A stretch of 57,179 nucleotides of DNA from an uncultured Candidatus Saccharibacteria bacterium (GTDB lineage Bacteria > Patescibacteriota > Minisyncoccia > Phycocordibacterales > SW-6-46-9): positions 1 through 57,179 of the forward strand of contig CAZHOI010000004.1 in NCBI GenBank assembly GCA_964534365.1, given 5' to 3'. Made by a program: the position numbers and the translations under genes. Position 1 is the first letter of the stretch. Each line of letters opens with the position of its first letter. Under the pieces are notes generated by a model. That model was not told the DNA's origin and ran no database searches. It was given only the letters and a program-made list of their open reading frames with translations. Of the stretch, positions 46,384 to 55,531 are shown in pieces.

Positions 46384-46964
46384 ATCTTAAAGTTAAAGGT
46401 TTTGGTATCGGTACCAAATTCACTAATGTTATTTAGCTCTCTAGGGTGTTTATGCAAAACTATTTGATAGTTGCTACCGTAGTTTACACATGGGGCTTCA
46501 TAACTTTGATAGGATGCTTTTTGGGAAAATGATTCATTGTTTAACGAGCGGGCAACGACCTCGCCGGTGTCAATTGATTTGATATAAAATGACAAATAAC
46601 TTTGGTTTGAATAATTACTATAGGTTATTGGCAGGGGTTGGTCATTGCATTTGTATGCTTCAGACAACATTTTGCTTGAAATAGCATCGGTGTAAACGGT
46701 GATAAAGTCCGTGGTTTGGCTTGGATCACCCAATGATGCGATTATTATATTGTCACTTACTAATTCAATATCATTATTGTCTGGTTCAGCAATTGACTGG
46801 CTGGCAAAACCGGATTGATCGATGTCAAATGATTGGGTAGGGCCGGTTGTGTTATCGCCCTCCTCGGTAAAGCTGACTCTGCCAGTTTGGCTTAGAAATA
46901 ACACTATAAATATGCTTATAATGACCATTAAAACTCCGGTAATAATTAAAAGTTTTTTATTCAT
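46380..46964 (-). CDS. Hypothetical membrane-anchored protein convergent with the pilin fusion
   Basis: KKLLIITGVLMVIISIFIVLFL anchor; stop overlaps the pilin-fusion stop by 4 nt. Confidence 0.6.
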   Translation of the reverse strand: MNKKLLIITGVLMVIISIFIVLFLSQTGRVSFTEEGDNTTGPTQSFDIDQSGFASQSIAEPDNNDIELVSDNIIIASLGDPSQTTDFITVYTDAISSKMLSEAYKCNDQPLPITYSNYSNQSYLSFYIKSIDTGEVVARSLNNESFSQKASYQSYEAPCVNYGSNYQIVLHKHPRELNNISEFGTDTKTFNFKI

Positions 46965-47443
46965 TTACTAATTATAACCTTACGATCTGCACCAGTTCCT
47001 TGTGACTGTGAACTCAAGTCTTTTGACTGAATGTAGCTGTGCACTATTCGGCGTTGAAAGGCAGTCATAGGTCGCAGTTCAATCGCGTTATCTTCAGCCG
47101 ATGACAACTGCTTTATGGACTTGTCAATCTCGTCTAATAGTTTTTTAACCTCGGCCTCTTGATAACCATCTACATCAATCACATAATTCTCCAACTCGAA
47201 ATGCGAGTCCAGACTATGCGCCCGACACAACACAATTTCGCGCACTATTTTCGACAGGGCTTGCAAATTGCGTCCGTCCCGCCCAATCAATAGCGCCGAA
47301 TCCGGTCCGGTCACGTTATATACCACATGCCCTGGGATTGCTGATGATTCCAGTGACACGCGATAGTCCTTAAATCCCATATGGGCTAGCAATTCGTCAA
47401 TTACTCGCTGGATTGGGGGCAATTTCGAGCGTAGACGATTCAT
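46961..47443 (-). CDS. jag: Jag/EloR-like KH-R3H RNA-binding protein (short form)
   Basis: LLIGRDGRNLQAL (KH), L.PMTAFQRRIVH (R3H), S.G.G.DRKV. Confidence 0.85.
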   Translation of the reverse strand: MNRLRSKLPPIQRVIDELLAHMGFKDYRVSLESSAIPGHVVYNVTGPDSALLIGRDGRNLQALSKIVREIVLCRAHSLDSHFELENYVIDVDGYQEAEVKKLLDEIDKSIKQLSSAEDNAIELRPMTAFQRRIVHSYIQSKDLSSQSQGTGADRKVIISK

Positions 47444-47526
47444 ACCAGACAGTATAAACTAGCCAACGTTCAACATAAACTATATCTAGCTAATCTACTA
47501 GGATCACCCGCTTTTGCAAGGAAGTA

Positions 47527-47546
47527 TACTGCGATATATCGCAGTA
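47527..47546. promoter_or_regulatory. 20-bp perfect palindrome, copy 1
   Basis: tactgcgatatatcgcagta followed 4 nt later by tgttataac. Confidence 0.8.
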
Positions 47547-47651
47547 GTAGTGTTATAACTACATAATTTACTAAATTAGCAAAGTATTTAATCTTCTTAA
47601 ACCCGTTAGGAGAATAAAAACTAAGACGTAAAACCATTAAAGAATGATGGG

Positions 47652-47671
47652 TACTACGATATATCGTAGTA
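47652..47671. promoter_or_regulatory. 20-bp perfect palindrome, copy 2, over the promoter of the TrpR-like gene
   Basis: tactacgatatatcgtagta followed 4 nt later by tgttataat (extended -10, 47676-47684). Confidence 0.8.
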
Positions 47672-47694
47672 ATGGTGTTATAATAGATTTCGAT

Positions 47695-48099
47695 ATGCCT
47701 CATATTTCAAATCGTAAGATTTCTGATAAGGTCAGCCATAAAATTAATACTAACTTGGCTGGAATGTTCAATCACGCTGCAAAAACCAATAATACAGCTG
47801 CCGTGGTACGGGAACTTTTAACCGATACTGAACAGATTATGTTGGCCAAACGCTTAGGAGCAGTCTATCTTTTAGGTCAAGACCTTAGTAATTACAAAAT
47901 CAGTCAGATATTAAAAATGAGCGAATCAACCATTGCACGTATCGCGGTTAGTAGGGAAGCTGGAGCTTTTGACACCATTAAAAGTTTACTAAGTAAAAAT
48001 ACTCAAAATCAACCCTTTATTGATGTAATAGACCAAATTATTACCTTTTTACCCTCAAAAGCTAATAGAAAGTTCCGCGGTCAGATTCACAATAAATAA
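47695..48099 (+). CDS. TrpR-like (YerC/YecD-type) helix-turn-helix protein
   Basis: LLTDTEQIMLAKRL.A..LL....S.Y.ISQ.LKMS.STIARI; start set to MPHIS, 10 nt after the -10 box. Confidence 0.8.
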   Translation: MPHISNRKISDKVSHKINTNLAGMFNHAAKTNNTAAVVRELLTDTEQIMLAKRLGAVYLLGQDLSNYKISQILKMSESTIARIAVSREAGAFDTIKSLLSKNTQNQPFIDVIDQIITFLPSKANRKFRGQIHNK

Positions 48100-48127
48100 G
48101 CTTTCACAACATAAGAGTTCATAATAA

Positions 48128-48147
48128 CACTACGATATATCGCAGTA
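48128..48147. promoter_or_regulatory. 20-bp palindrome, copy 3 (hybrid of copies 1 and 2)
   Basis: cactacgatatatcgcagta, 28 nt after the stop of the TrpR-like gene. Confidence 0.75.
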
Positions 48148-48284
48148 TAATCGATCCATTTGTTTAGCTAATATATTAAGATAAAGCGACTTAACTAATC
48201 GTGGGATGTTTGACTCAGAAATTTGAAATGCCTCGATTATTTTGTAAAGCTTAGATAACACCTTGTCTTTATTGGTATAAATTC

Positions 48285-49016
48285 CTAGATATCAAAGGCG
48301 ACAGGGGTTTGGTCTTTGATCCCTCGCGAGCGAACGTAGAGCTCTTGGAGGATGTGAAATATGTTTGAGGTAACAAAGTACAGCGCAACCGCTGCAGAAA
48401 GCGTATAGGCAATGACAGTAATCACCACCGGGAAGACATATTTCATTTGTTTGATGATCGTATTCATCATTTGTTGCTGCATGGTTGCATCCGAATCAAC
48501 CGCATTGGCTGGCAAGGCGATCTTGGTCTGAATAAATTGGGCAATTCCGGCCAATAATGCTAATGGTATAGAGCGGGCTGCAACGTCAATCACGCCAAAC
48601 AACAACGGCGAGGGATTGGTTTCTGGTGCGGTAATAAATGAATACAGTCGAGAAGGATCAATTTCAGGCAAACCTGATCGCAATACAATGTAATAGAGGC
48701 CAAAAATTATTGGAATTTGTACCAAAATCAGTCCAAATGAAGAAAAAGGGGAGACATCGTTTTCTCGATATAATTCCATTAGCTTAATCCCCAGTTCCTG
48801 ACGATTGTCTTTATGTTTTTTTTGCAATTCTTTGACCTGAGGCTCGATTTTGCGAATGGCCTGTTGGGCACGAATGGCCTTGAGCGCAAATGGCAGCAGA
48901 ATGATTTTGACCAGGAGAGTAAACAGTATAATGTAGATCCCTAAATCCAAACCAGGAATCAAGTCGATTAGTAGTACCAATAAATTGTAAAGGGGCGTGT
49001 AAATTAAAGTATCCAT
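48285..49016 (-). CDS. yidC: Membrane protein insertase YidC (short, Gram-positive/CPR type)
   Basis: LGI.IILFTLLVKIILLP, QPQ-like EPQVKELQKKHK, LYRENDVSPFSS...LVQIPI, LYFVTSNIF. Confidence 0.93.
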   Translation of the reverse strand: MDTLIYTPLYNLLVLLIDLIPGLDLGIYIILFTLLVKIILLPFALKAIRAQQAIRKIEPQVKELQKKHKDNRQELGIKLMELYRENDVSPFSSFGLILVQIPIIFGLYYIVLRSGLPEIDPSRLYSFITAPETNPSPLLFGVIDVAARSIPLALLAGIAQFIQTKIALPANAVDSDATMQQQMMNTIIKQMKYVFPVVITVIAYTLSAAVALYFVTSNIFHILQELYVRSRGIKDQTPVAFDI

Positions 49017-49070
49017 AAAGTTTATTAGTATGGTAAGCCCGATCGAGACTTATTGCAATTTTCAGGGGTA

Positions 49071-49448
49071 TTAAGAGGTGTCATTTGACAATTTCAAGGC
49101 AGTTGCCAGATCATTGTATATAGCCGTCATGACTTCGGTTTTATTTTCTTTACAGGCCATCAAGGTTCCTTTTTTTACCACCACAATACCACCGGTAAGA
49201 GTGGCGGCTGGATTTTCATCTAAAAGCTGCTTGATCGCGCGATAAAATATTCGACGTAAATGATTACGATCGACCCGTCGGCGCCACTTTTTTTTACTGG
49301 CAGCCACCGCATATTTTTCCTCTAGTCTTGTCTCTAGTCTCGAATCATCAGATTCTAAAAAAATAAACCACCGGAAGTGATGGGGTTTATTGTGGTTAAA
49401 TACCTGATCAAACTCTTTAGTAGTTAGGCGATTGGCCTTTTTGAGCAT
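49071..49448 (-). CDS. rnpA: Ribonuclease P protein component
   Basis: MLKK.NRL...EF..VF, AV..SKK, VDRNHLRR (RNR motif); synteny with rpmH and yidC. Confidence 0.85.
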   Translation of the reverse strand: MLKKANRLTTKEFDQVFNHNKPHHFRWFIFLESDDSRLETRLEEKYAVAASKKKWRRRVDRNHLRRIFYRAIKQLLDENPAATLTGGIVVVKKGTLMACKENKTEVMTAIYNDLATALKLSNDTS

Positions 49449-49466
49449 ACTTATAACAAACCTTTG

Positions 49467-49604
49467 CTAGGCTGATAGTTTCTTGCGACCTCGTCGTCGG
49501 CGGTTTTTGATGATTTTTCGACCACCTGGGGTACTCATCCGGGCCAAAAAACCGTGAACTCGTTTTCGCTTGCGACGTTTTGGATTTGGGGTAGTTACTG
49601 ACAT
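49467..49604 (-). CDS. rpmH: 50S ribosomal protein L34 (absent from the ORF track, 45 aa)
   Basis: Manual translation [45 protein letters not shown]. Confidence 0.95.
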   Translation of the reverse strand: MSVTTPNPKRRKRKRVHGFLARMSTPGGRKIIKNRRRRGRKKLSA

Positions 49605-49762
49605 AGTGGCTAATTTATACCATATCCAGTACCGAGATGAAAGTTATAGTGTCTGTTAGTCCGCTTAACGTTCTCTGCCGAGAATAGGGTGATTAAACAA
49701 TGCCATAATTTAATGTCTAGCTGTTATTAACCTGGGGATAACATTATGGTATAACCAATACA

Positions 49763-51124
49763 ATGGAAAAAAAGACGGATGACAGAACGCTAAGTGATTT
49801 GTGGGAGGCGGTGTTGGCATCCATCAAAGAAGACGTACCCGACGCTACATATAAAACCTGGTTCAAAGACACTTTCATAACCGCTTATAAAAACAACGAG
49901 ATATCTATTGGTGTCCCCAGCGAATTCGTGCGCAGCTGGTTGCACGAAAAATATCGCACTATGGTGCTGAAGAAATTACGTGATGAACATCCGTCTATTC
50001 GATCGGTTCAGTTTTCGATATCGCGCAAGCGCTTGCCCAGGCAATCAACTGCCAAGCAAAAACTGGTTCCCGAAAAAACTGGTTCCCTGCAGCTACAAAA
50101 CTACTATATTGACCGCAAAAATAATTTAAATCCACGCTACACCTTTGATAATTTTGTTATTGGACCTTTTAATGAGTTGGCCTTTGCCGCCTCCCAGGCG
50201 GTTATCAAAAATCCGGGCACAGCTTATAACCCATTATTTATCTATGGTAAAACCGGCCATGGCAAAACTCATCTGATTCAGTCGGTTGGAAATTATATTA
50301 AAGATAACTTTGAATTAAGTGTCTTTTATTTAACTTCCGAAAAATTTGCCCTTGATTATATTAGCGCAGTAAAAACTCAAGCTGTCGAGGCTTTCAAAGA
50401 ACGTTATCGACGTTACGACGTATTAATTATGGATGACGTGCAATTTTTTGCCAATAAAGAAAAAACCCAAGAAGAATTATTCCACTTGTTTAATTATCTT
50501 TATGACAAAAATAAACAGATCGTATTTTCTTCTGATATGCATCCAAATTATGTTAATGGCCTAGAAGATCGACTACGATCGAGGTTTGCGGCCGGAATGA
50601 TTGTTGATATTCCTTCACCTGATCACGAATCCCGAGTGGCATTACTACAAGCCAAATCTTCCGCAGGAGGCATTAGGCTGGAAAATGACGTAATCGATTT
50701 TCTAGCCAATTCAATCGAAGGTAACGTCAGGGAATTAGAGGGGGTGATTAATTCTGTGGTTGTCCAAACTCAACTAAAAGATCGCCCCCTTAGTTTAAAT
50801 GAGGTTAAAAATCTGATCAGAAATTCGATAAAAACTAAAAAAGCTGTCTCGGTAGAGAATATCTTGCAAATCGTGGCTGATTATTATGGTATTGAGCCCG
50901 AACTAATTTTGAAAAAAACCCGACGTAAAGAGGTGGTCAAACCTCGGCAGATAGCAATGTATATTTTGCGTGAAGATTTCTCGATTGCGTATCCGACGAT
51001 TGGTCAGAAATTAGGGGGTCGCGATCACACTACTGTCATCCACTCTTATGAAAAAATCAAAACTGAATTAAAAACTGATTCGGAATTAGTACAGCAAATC
51101 AACCAATTACGAACCATGATATAA
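49763..51124 (+). CDS. dnaA: Chromosomal replication initiator DnaA
   Basis: LNPRYTFDNFV.G..N..A, YNPLFIYGKTGHGKTHL, DDVQF, RLRSRF, GNVRELEG, GGRDHTTVIH. Confidence 0.98.
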   Translation: MEKKTDDRTLSDLWEAVLASIKEDVPDATYKTWFKDTFITAYKNNEISIGVPSEFVRSWLHEKYRTMVLKKLRDEHPSIRSVQFSISRKRLPRQSTAKQKLVPEKTGSLQLQNYYIDRKNNLNPRYTFDNFVIGPFNELAFAASQAVIKNPGTAYNPLFIYGKTGHGKTHLIQSVGNYIKDNFELSVFYLTSEKFALDYISAVKTQAVEAFKERYRRYDVLIMDDVQFFANKEKTQEELFHLFNYLYDKNKQIVFSSDMHPNYVNGLEDRLRSRFAAGMIVDIPSPDHESRVALLQAKSSAGGIRLENDVIDFLANSIEGNVRELEGVINSVVVQTQLKDRPLSLNEVKNLIRNSIKTKKAVSVENILQIVADYYGIEPELILKKTRRKEVVKPRQIAMYILREDFSIAYPTIGQKLGGRDHTTVIHSYEKIKTELKTDSELVQQINQLRTMI

Positions 51125-51432
51125 GGGGATAACTAGGGTGATAAGTTAATAATAAGTCTGGGGAAAACGTCTTTATTTTAGCTGGGCAGCTGTGAGTAAT
51201 ATAGACCTTGACAGAGGCTACCCACAAGTTAAGCCCGACGTGATGGTGCTAGTCCACTTGGTCAAATCGAACAATCACGGTTGGTAGGGCTCTTAGTTAA
51301 AGAGTTTTACCCACTATCAACAGGCCTAATAGTAGTAATAGATTCTTTTAATAAATACCTTATTTAATAACTAGCTGCAGACAAAAAACGATATCAGTTT
51401 TTTTATAAGGATATAAAAGCTATAATTTGTTT
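51125..51432. other. Probable replication origin oriC (dnaA-dnaN intergenic region)
   Basis: Degenerate DnaA boxes at 51124, 51159, 51191, 51218; tandem ttacccact/ctatcaaca 51307-51322, then ggcc, NTA trinucleotide repeats and an AT-rich tract. Confidence 0.75.
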
Positions 51433-52530
51433 ATGATCATTACCGTTTCCACTCAAGCATTATTTCAACTAGTAAGTAAAACCGACCGAGTTACCTCGCG
51501 AAAATCAGCTCTACCTATCTTGAGTAATATTCTATTTACAATTTCTGGTCAAACCTTATTCATAAGAGCTACCAATTTGGAAATCGGTGTCGAGGGCGAA
51601 ATTAATTTGGAAACAAAAGTCGATTCTGATACCAGCTTTGTTATCGATGCTGGCTTGCTGAAGAATTTTCTACAACAAGTTAAAAATGGTGGCAAAACCA
51701 CAATCGAGATTTCTGAATCTAGTGCCACATTTAAAACTGCTAAATCCGAAGCCTTAATTGCTATTCAAGATGGTGGCGATTTTCCTACCCTGCCTACTAT
51801 TCAAGATGACCATACCAAATTGAGCCTTCCAGCCGATGAGTTTGTACAGGGAATTATCTCAGTAAATTACGCTTCAGCTACTTCGACAATGAAGCCCGAG
51901 CTATCAAGTATTTATATACATACCCATAATGGGGAATTGTTTTTTGTGGCGACTGACACTTTTAGATTGGCCGAAAGAGTATTGCCAAGTCGGTCATTTA
52001 ATGACCAAATATCATTACTAGTGCCAAGTGCTAATGCTTTGGAATTAACTAAGCTAATCGAACCAGAAGACGAGCTAGAGCTACAATTTGATTCTAATCT
52101 ATTACAGATTAATCAACATAAACTAAAACTTACCGCTCGCGTGGTAGATGGAAATTTTCCCGATTATCGCCAAATTATACCGGCTGAATTTGATGTCAAA
52201 GCCACTGGTTTATTTCATGACCTAGAGTCAGCTCTACGTCTATCATCTATTTTTGCCGATAAATATTATCAGGTTACGCTGGATTTTAAAGATGATTCAT
52301 TAATCCTAGAATCCAAGGGTTCTGAACAGGGCAAATCGATAACATCGGTTCCAGTTTCAATCGATGGTCAGAATGTCGAATCTAAATTCAATCAAAAGTA
52401 TTTAATTGAGCCTCTGTCATCACTCAAAGGAGACAATGTAGTATTTGAGTTATCCCCCAACAAACCAATGATGATGAGCAATCCCGCTGACAATACGTTT
52501 CGTTATCTAGTAATGCCAATGCATCAATAG
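51433..52530 (+). CDS. dnaN: DNA polymerase III beta sliding clamp
   Basis: LPILSNIL, ATNLEIG, FPTLP, ATDTFRLAE, DGNFPDY..IIP, Y.VMPM; ATG 6 nt after tataat. Confidence 0.95.
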   Translation: MIITVSTQALFQLVSKTDRVTSRKSALPILSNILFTISGQTLFIRATNLEIGVEGEINLETKVDSDTSFVIDAGLLKNFLQQVKNGGKTTIEISESSATFKTAKSEALIAIQDGGDFPTLPTIQDDHTKLSLPADEFVQGIISVNYASATSTMKPELSSIYIHTHNGELFFVATDTFRLAERVLPSRSFNDQISLLVPSANALELTKLIEPEDELELQFDSNLLQINQHKLKLTARVVDGNFPDYRQIIPAEFDVKATGLFHDLESALRLSSIFADKYYQVTLDFKDDSLILESKGSEQGKSITSVPVSIDGQNVESKFNQKYLIEPLSSLKGDNVVFELSPNKPMMMSNPADNTFRYLVMPMHQ

Positions 52531-52827
52531 ATGAAAATAGATTCAAAAATAAAGAAGCTAGACACTCTTCTGGACAAACGATTAGATCAATTAGATCAAT
52601 CGTCCGAAAATAAAATTAGGCGTTGTTTAAACCAGATTTTAATTGAGGCTGGGGTGGCAGATCAATTAACTAAACCCATAAAGGCAATCAGGATTAGCAG
52701 TAAAACTATTACCACTGAATCCACGCCGGTGATTAAAACTTATCTGAAACTACATCAGCAAACCATTTTGCAACAACTTAATCATGATTTAAAAGATTGC
52801 CCGATAACATTTAACCAGATTTACTAG
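52531..52827 (+). CDS. Putative DciA/DUF721-family helicase operator
   Basis: 98 aa directly after dnaN; S.VIK..L.L.QQ.IL..L pattern resembles the DUF721 C-terminus. Confidence 0.5.
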   Translation: MKIDSKIKKLDTLLDKRLDQLDQSSENKIRRCLNQILIEAGVADQLTKPIKAIRISSKTITTESTPVIKTYLKLHQQTILQQLNHDLKDCPITFNQIY

Positions 52828-52849
52828 CCTAACGCTTTCTTGTTTGCTT

Positions 52850-55375
52850 TTAATCTTCGATAGGAGTCAATATGCTGCCGCTTTGATCATCCTCTTGGTC
52901 CTCGTTATCTGACTGATCATCCGATTGCATATCACCAGGTATTCTTGGCTGCCGGTCCTCTTCGGCCGGTTCTGGTTCAGAGTCAGTAGTAAAATTGATC
53001 GAGAATTCGCCAACCTTACCTGATCCTGTTAATAAGATTCGCAAGGTGTGTCGATTGCCTCCCGAAAGCAAGCTTTGATCGAGGGTAAAGCTAACCACAC
53101 CAGAGTCGGTTGTAGATCCGGCTAAATTACCATCGATAAATACGGCCATATTATCAATCTGATCATCAGAAACCGCTACCAGATCAATAACATCACCAGG
53201 ATTATAACTACTTTGAGCGCCGAGAATTTCAAAATTAAGAACATTGCGATTATCAATATCAAGTTGATAGTCACCAGTTGTCGATCCAAAGTTGTTGTAA
53301 CCCAGGTAAGCACCACTAGCTACCCAGCGCCTGACTGACGTTTCCCAATTCTGAAATTGATTATCACGTTGTGGATTCTGCGGTGGAGGTCCTAATGGGT
53401 CTTGGCGGTCAACCCAAGCCAAAATCGAATGAATTGAATTGGGGCCACCAGTGCGCCACACTCCTCGCAGAATTGGTTTCAAATCATCATAATCAGTATC
53501 TGGCCGAGCAAAAGCCTGACCTTCGTATCCTTGATCAATTGCCTCATTCATAATCTCGTTCCAGATTGGGCTAACAATCAGACCTGACAATCCATTCATA
53601 GACCGATTGTCATTATTTCCAGCCCACACCCCAATAACAATGTCGGTATTGTAACCGACTAACCAAGCGTCCCGGCTATTATTAGTAGTACCACTTTTTG
53701 CAGCGGTGTTAGGAATATTGATCAAGGAATTAGCTCCCCATAATGGGGTTCGAGCTGCATTATCAGACAATATACTATTGATTTGTCTGGCAACTTGGCG
53801 ATCTAATATCCGTGAGCCTTCGCGATCTTTGGTTTCCAGTAAAATATCACCGGATTTATCAATTACTTCCAGAATCGGAGTATGTTTGGCCACACGACCA
53901 TCATTGGCAAATCCCGCATAGGCGCCCGTCATGTCAACCAAGGTTACCTCGCCACCCCCTAAAACCAGAGTAAGGCCATATTGGTCAATGTCATTTAGGG
54001 TAGAAATACCCAAGCTCTCGGCCGTGTCGACGGAATTCTGTAGTCCTGACAGATAAAAAGCTTTGACTGCTGGAATATTACGAGACTGAGCCAGGGCTTG
54101 TCTGATAGTCATCGGTCCTTTATAGCTGCCATCGTAGTTTATAGGGGCATAACAGCCGTCATCATTACTAAATTGTCCGGCCGGGCAGTTGACATTAAAT
54201 TGGGTTCGCAAATCAAACAAAACCGTGTCTGGGGTGTAACCTTGATCAAATGCTGTGGCGTAAATAAATGGTTTAAAAGTAGAACCTGGTTGTCTGAGGG
54301 CAGTAGCGGCATTAAATTTACCATCAAAACTATCATCAAACCAATCGCGCGAACCGACCATGGATAGGATCTGTCCGTTGTCAGGGTCAATGGCTACAGC
54401 CGCTGCATTTTCAGCATTGTGACGATCAATATTGCGTTCACCATAACGCTTGACAATGTCCTCGGCTTCTTCTTGCAGCTCTAGATCCAGAGTGGTAATT
54501 ACTCGCAAACCACCGTTTTCTACTACTTCGGTACCCAGCTGTTCTTCTAGAATCGAGCGAACATAGAACACAAAATGCGGTGCGCGAATACCTTGGGCCG
54601 ATCGCGGTTTGAACGCGACTTCCTCGTCTTTAGCTTCACTGGCCTCGTCTGGAGTGATGTAACCCAAATTAACCATTCGATCAAGTACCAAGCTCTGTCG
54701 GCGTTGCAGGGCCTCTACATTCTCGCCATATGGTGAGTAATAGGTTGGGGCCTGTGGCAGAGCAGCTAAATAGGCAGCCTCGGCCAGCGTAAGTTCGGCG
54801 GCGGTTTTATTGAAGAAGCTTCTGGCGGCTTCCTCGGCGCCGTAAATAGTTCCGCCATAAGGACTTTCATTTAAATATATTTCTAGGATTTCGTCTTTTT
54901 CTAGCAAGCGCTCTAATCTGATTGCTAAAATCGCTTCTTTGATTTTTCGCGTGTAAGATTTTTCGCGTGTTAGAAGTGCATTCTTTACCACTTGCTGGGT
55001 AATGGTTGATCCACCTTGGGTTCGGCCACCCTCGCGCAGGTTAGTCACAGCCGCACGTAAAATTGATTCGGGTCTGACACCCGAATGCTCATAAAAAGTA
55101 TCATCCTCAATTGCAATAGCCGCTTGCTGTAAGTATTCGGAAATCTCTTCTAGCTCGACCTCGGTTCGTCGTACGTCTTGATTAAAATCAAATAAAACAA
55201 ATTCACCAGTTCGGTCGTAAATTTTGGTAGATTGTAGCGCACGACGTTCTTCGAAATTATTTAGGGTGGGCAATTGCAAAGTAGCGGCCCAAATAATACT
55301 TCCGGTAATAAATATTAACCCTGCCAAAATAGCAATTCTAATTATTCGCCAGCCGGTAGAAAAGATTTTTTTCAT
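52850..55375 (-). CDS. Class A penicillin-binding protein (PBP1A family) with C-terminal beta domain and acidic tail
   Basis: Transglycosylase EDDTFYEH.G, GGSTITQQVVKN, RKIKE; transpeptidase STFK, SRN, KSGT; start set to MKKIF. Confidence 0.93.
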   Translation of the reverse strand: MKKIFSTGWRIIRIAILAGLIFITGSIIWAATLQLPTLNNFEERRALQSTKIYDRTGEFVLFDFNQDVRRTEVELEEISEYLQQAAIAIEDDTFYEHSGVRPESILRAAVTNLREGGRTQGGSTITQQVVKNALLTREKSYTRKIKEAILAIRLERLLEKDEILEIYLNESPYGGTIYGAEEAARSFFNKTAAELTLAEAAYLAALPQAPTYYSPYGENVEALQRRQSLVLDRMVNLGYITPDEASEAKDEEVAFKPRSAQGIRAPHFVFYVRSILEEQLGTEVVENGGLRVITTLDLELQEEAEDIVKRYGERNIDRHNAENAAAVAIDPDNGQILSMVGSRDWFDDSFDGKFNAATALRQPGSTFKPFIYATAFDQGYTPDTVLFDLRTQFNVNCPAGQFSNDDGCYAPINYDGSYKGPMTIRQALAQSRNIPAVKAFYLSGLQNSVDTAESLGISTLNDIDQYGLTLVLGGGEVTLVDMTGAYAGFANDGRVAKHTPILEVIDKSGDILLETKDREGSRILDRQVARQINSILSDNAARTPLWGANSLINIPNTAAKSGTTNNSRDAWLVGYNTDIVIGVWAGNNDNRSMNGLSGLIVSPIWNEIMNEAIDQGYEGQAFARPDTDYDDLKPILRGVWRTGGPNSIHSILAWVDRQDPLGPPPQNPQRDNQFQNWETSVRRWVASGAYLGYNNFGSTTGDYQLDIDNRNVLNFEILGAQSSYNPGDVIDLVAVSDDQIDNMAVFIDGNLAGSTTDSGVVSFTLDQSLLSGGNRHTLRILLTGSGKVGEFSINFTTDSEPEPAEEDRQPRIPGDMQSDDQSDNEDQEDDQSGSILTPIED

Positions 55376-55531
55376 ATGTTGATTACTTGGTTGATAAGCA
55401 GGGGATATCTTTGGCGCTAGTATACTCAAAAAAACGTCCTGACGTAAGTAATTTGATAAGTAATCGTGGGAGTTTAGAGACTTATATTCAGACTGAATCC
55501 AATTTCAGGTTTTGGTATGATATTGTTCTAG

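Noticed and set aside
26579-55448. Shared 10-mer ctgacgtaag upstream of two cell-wall genes (26579-26588 minus, 55439-55448 plus)
   Set aside because: Only 10 bp, in opposite orientation relative to the genes; compatible with chance.
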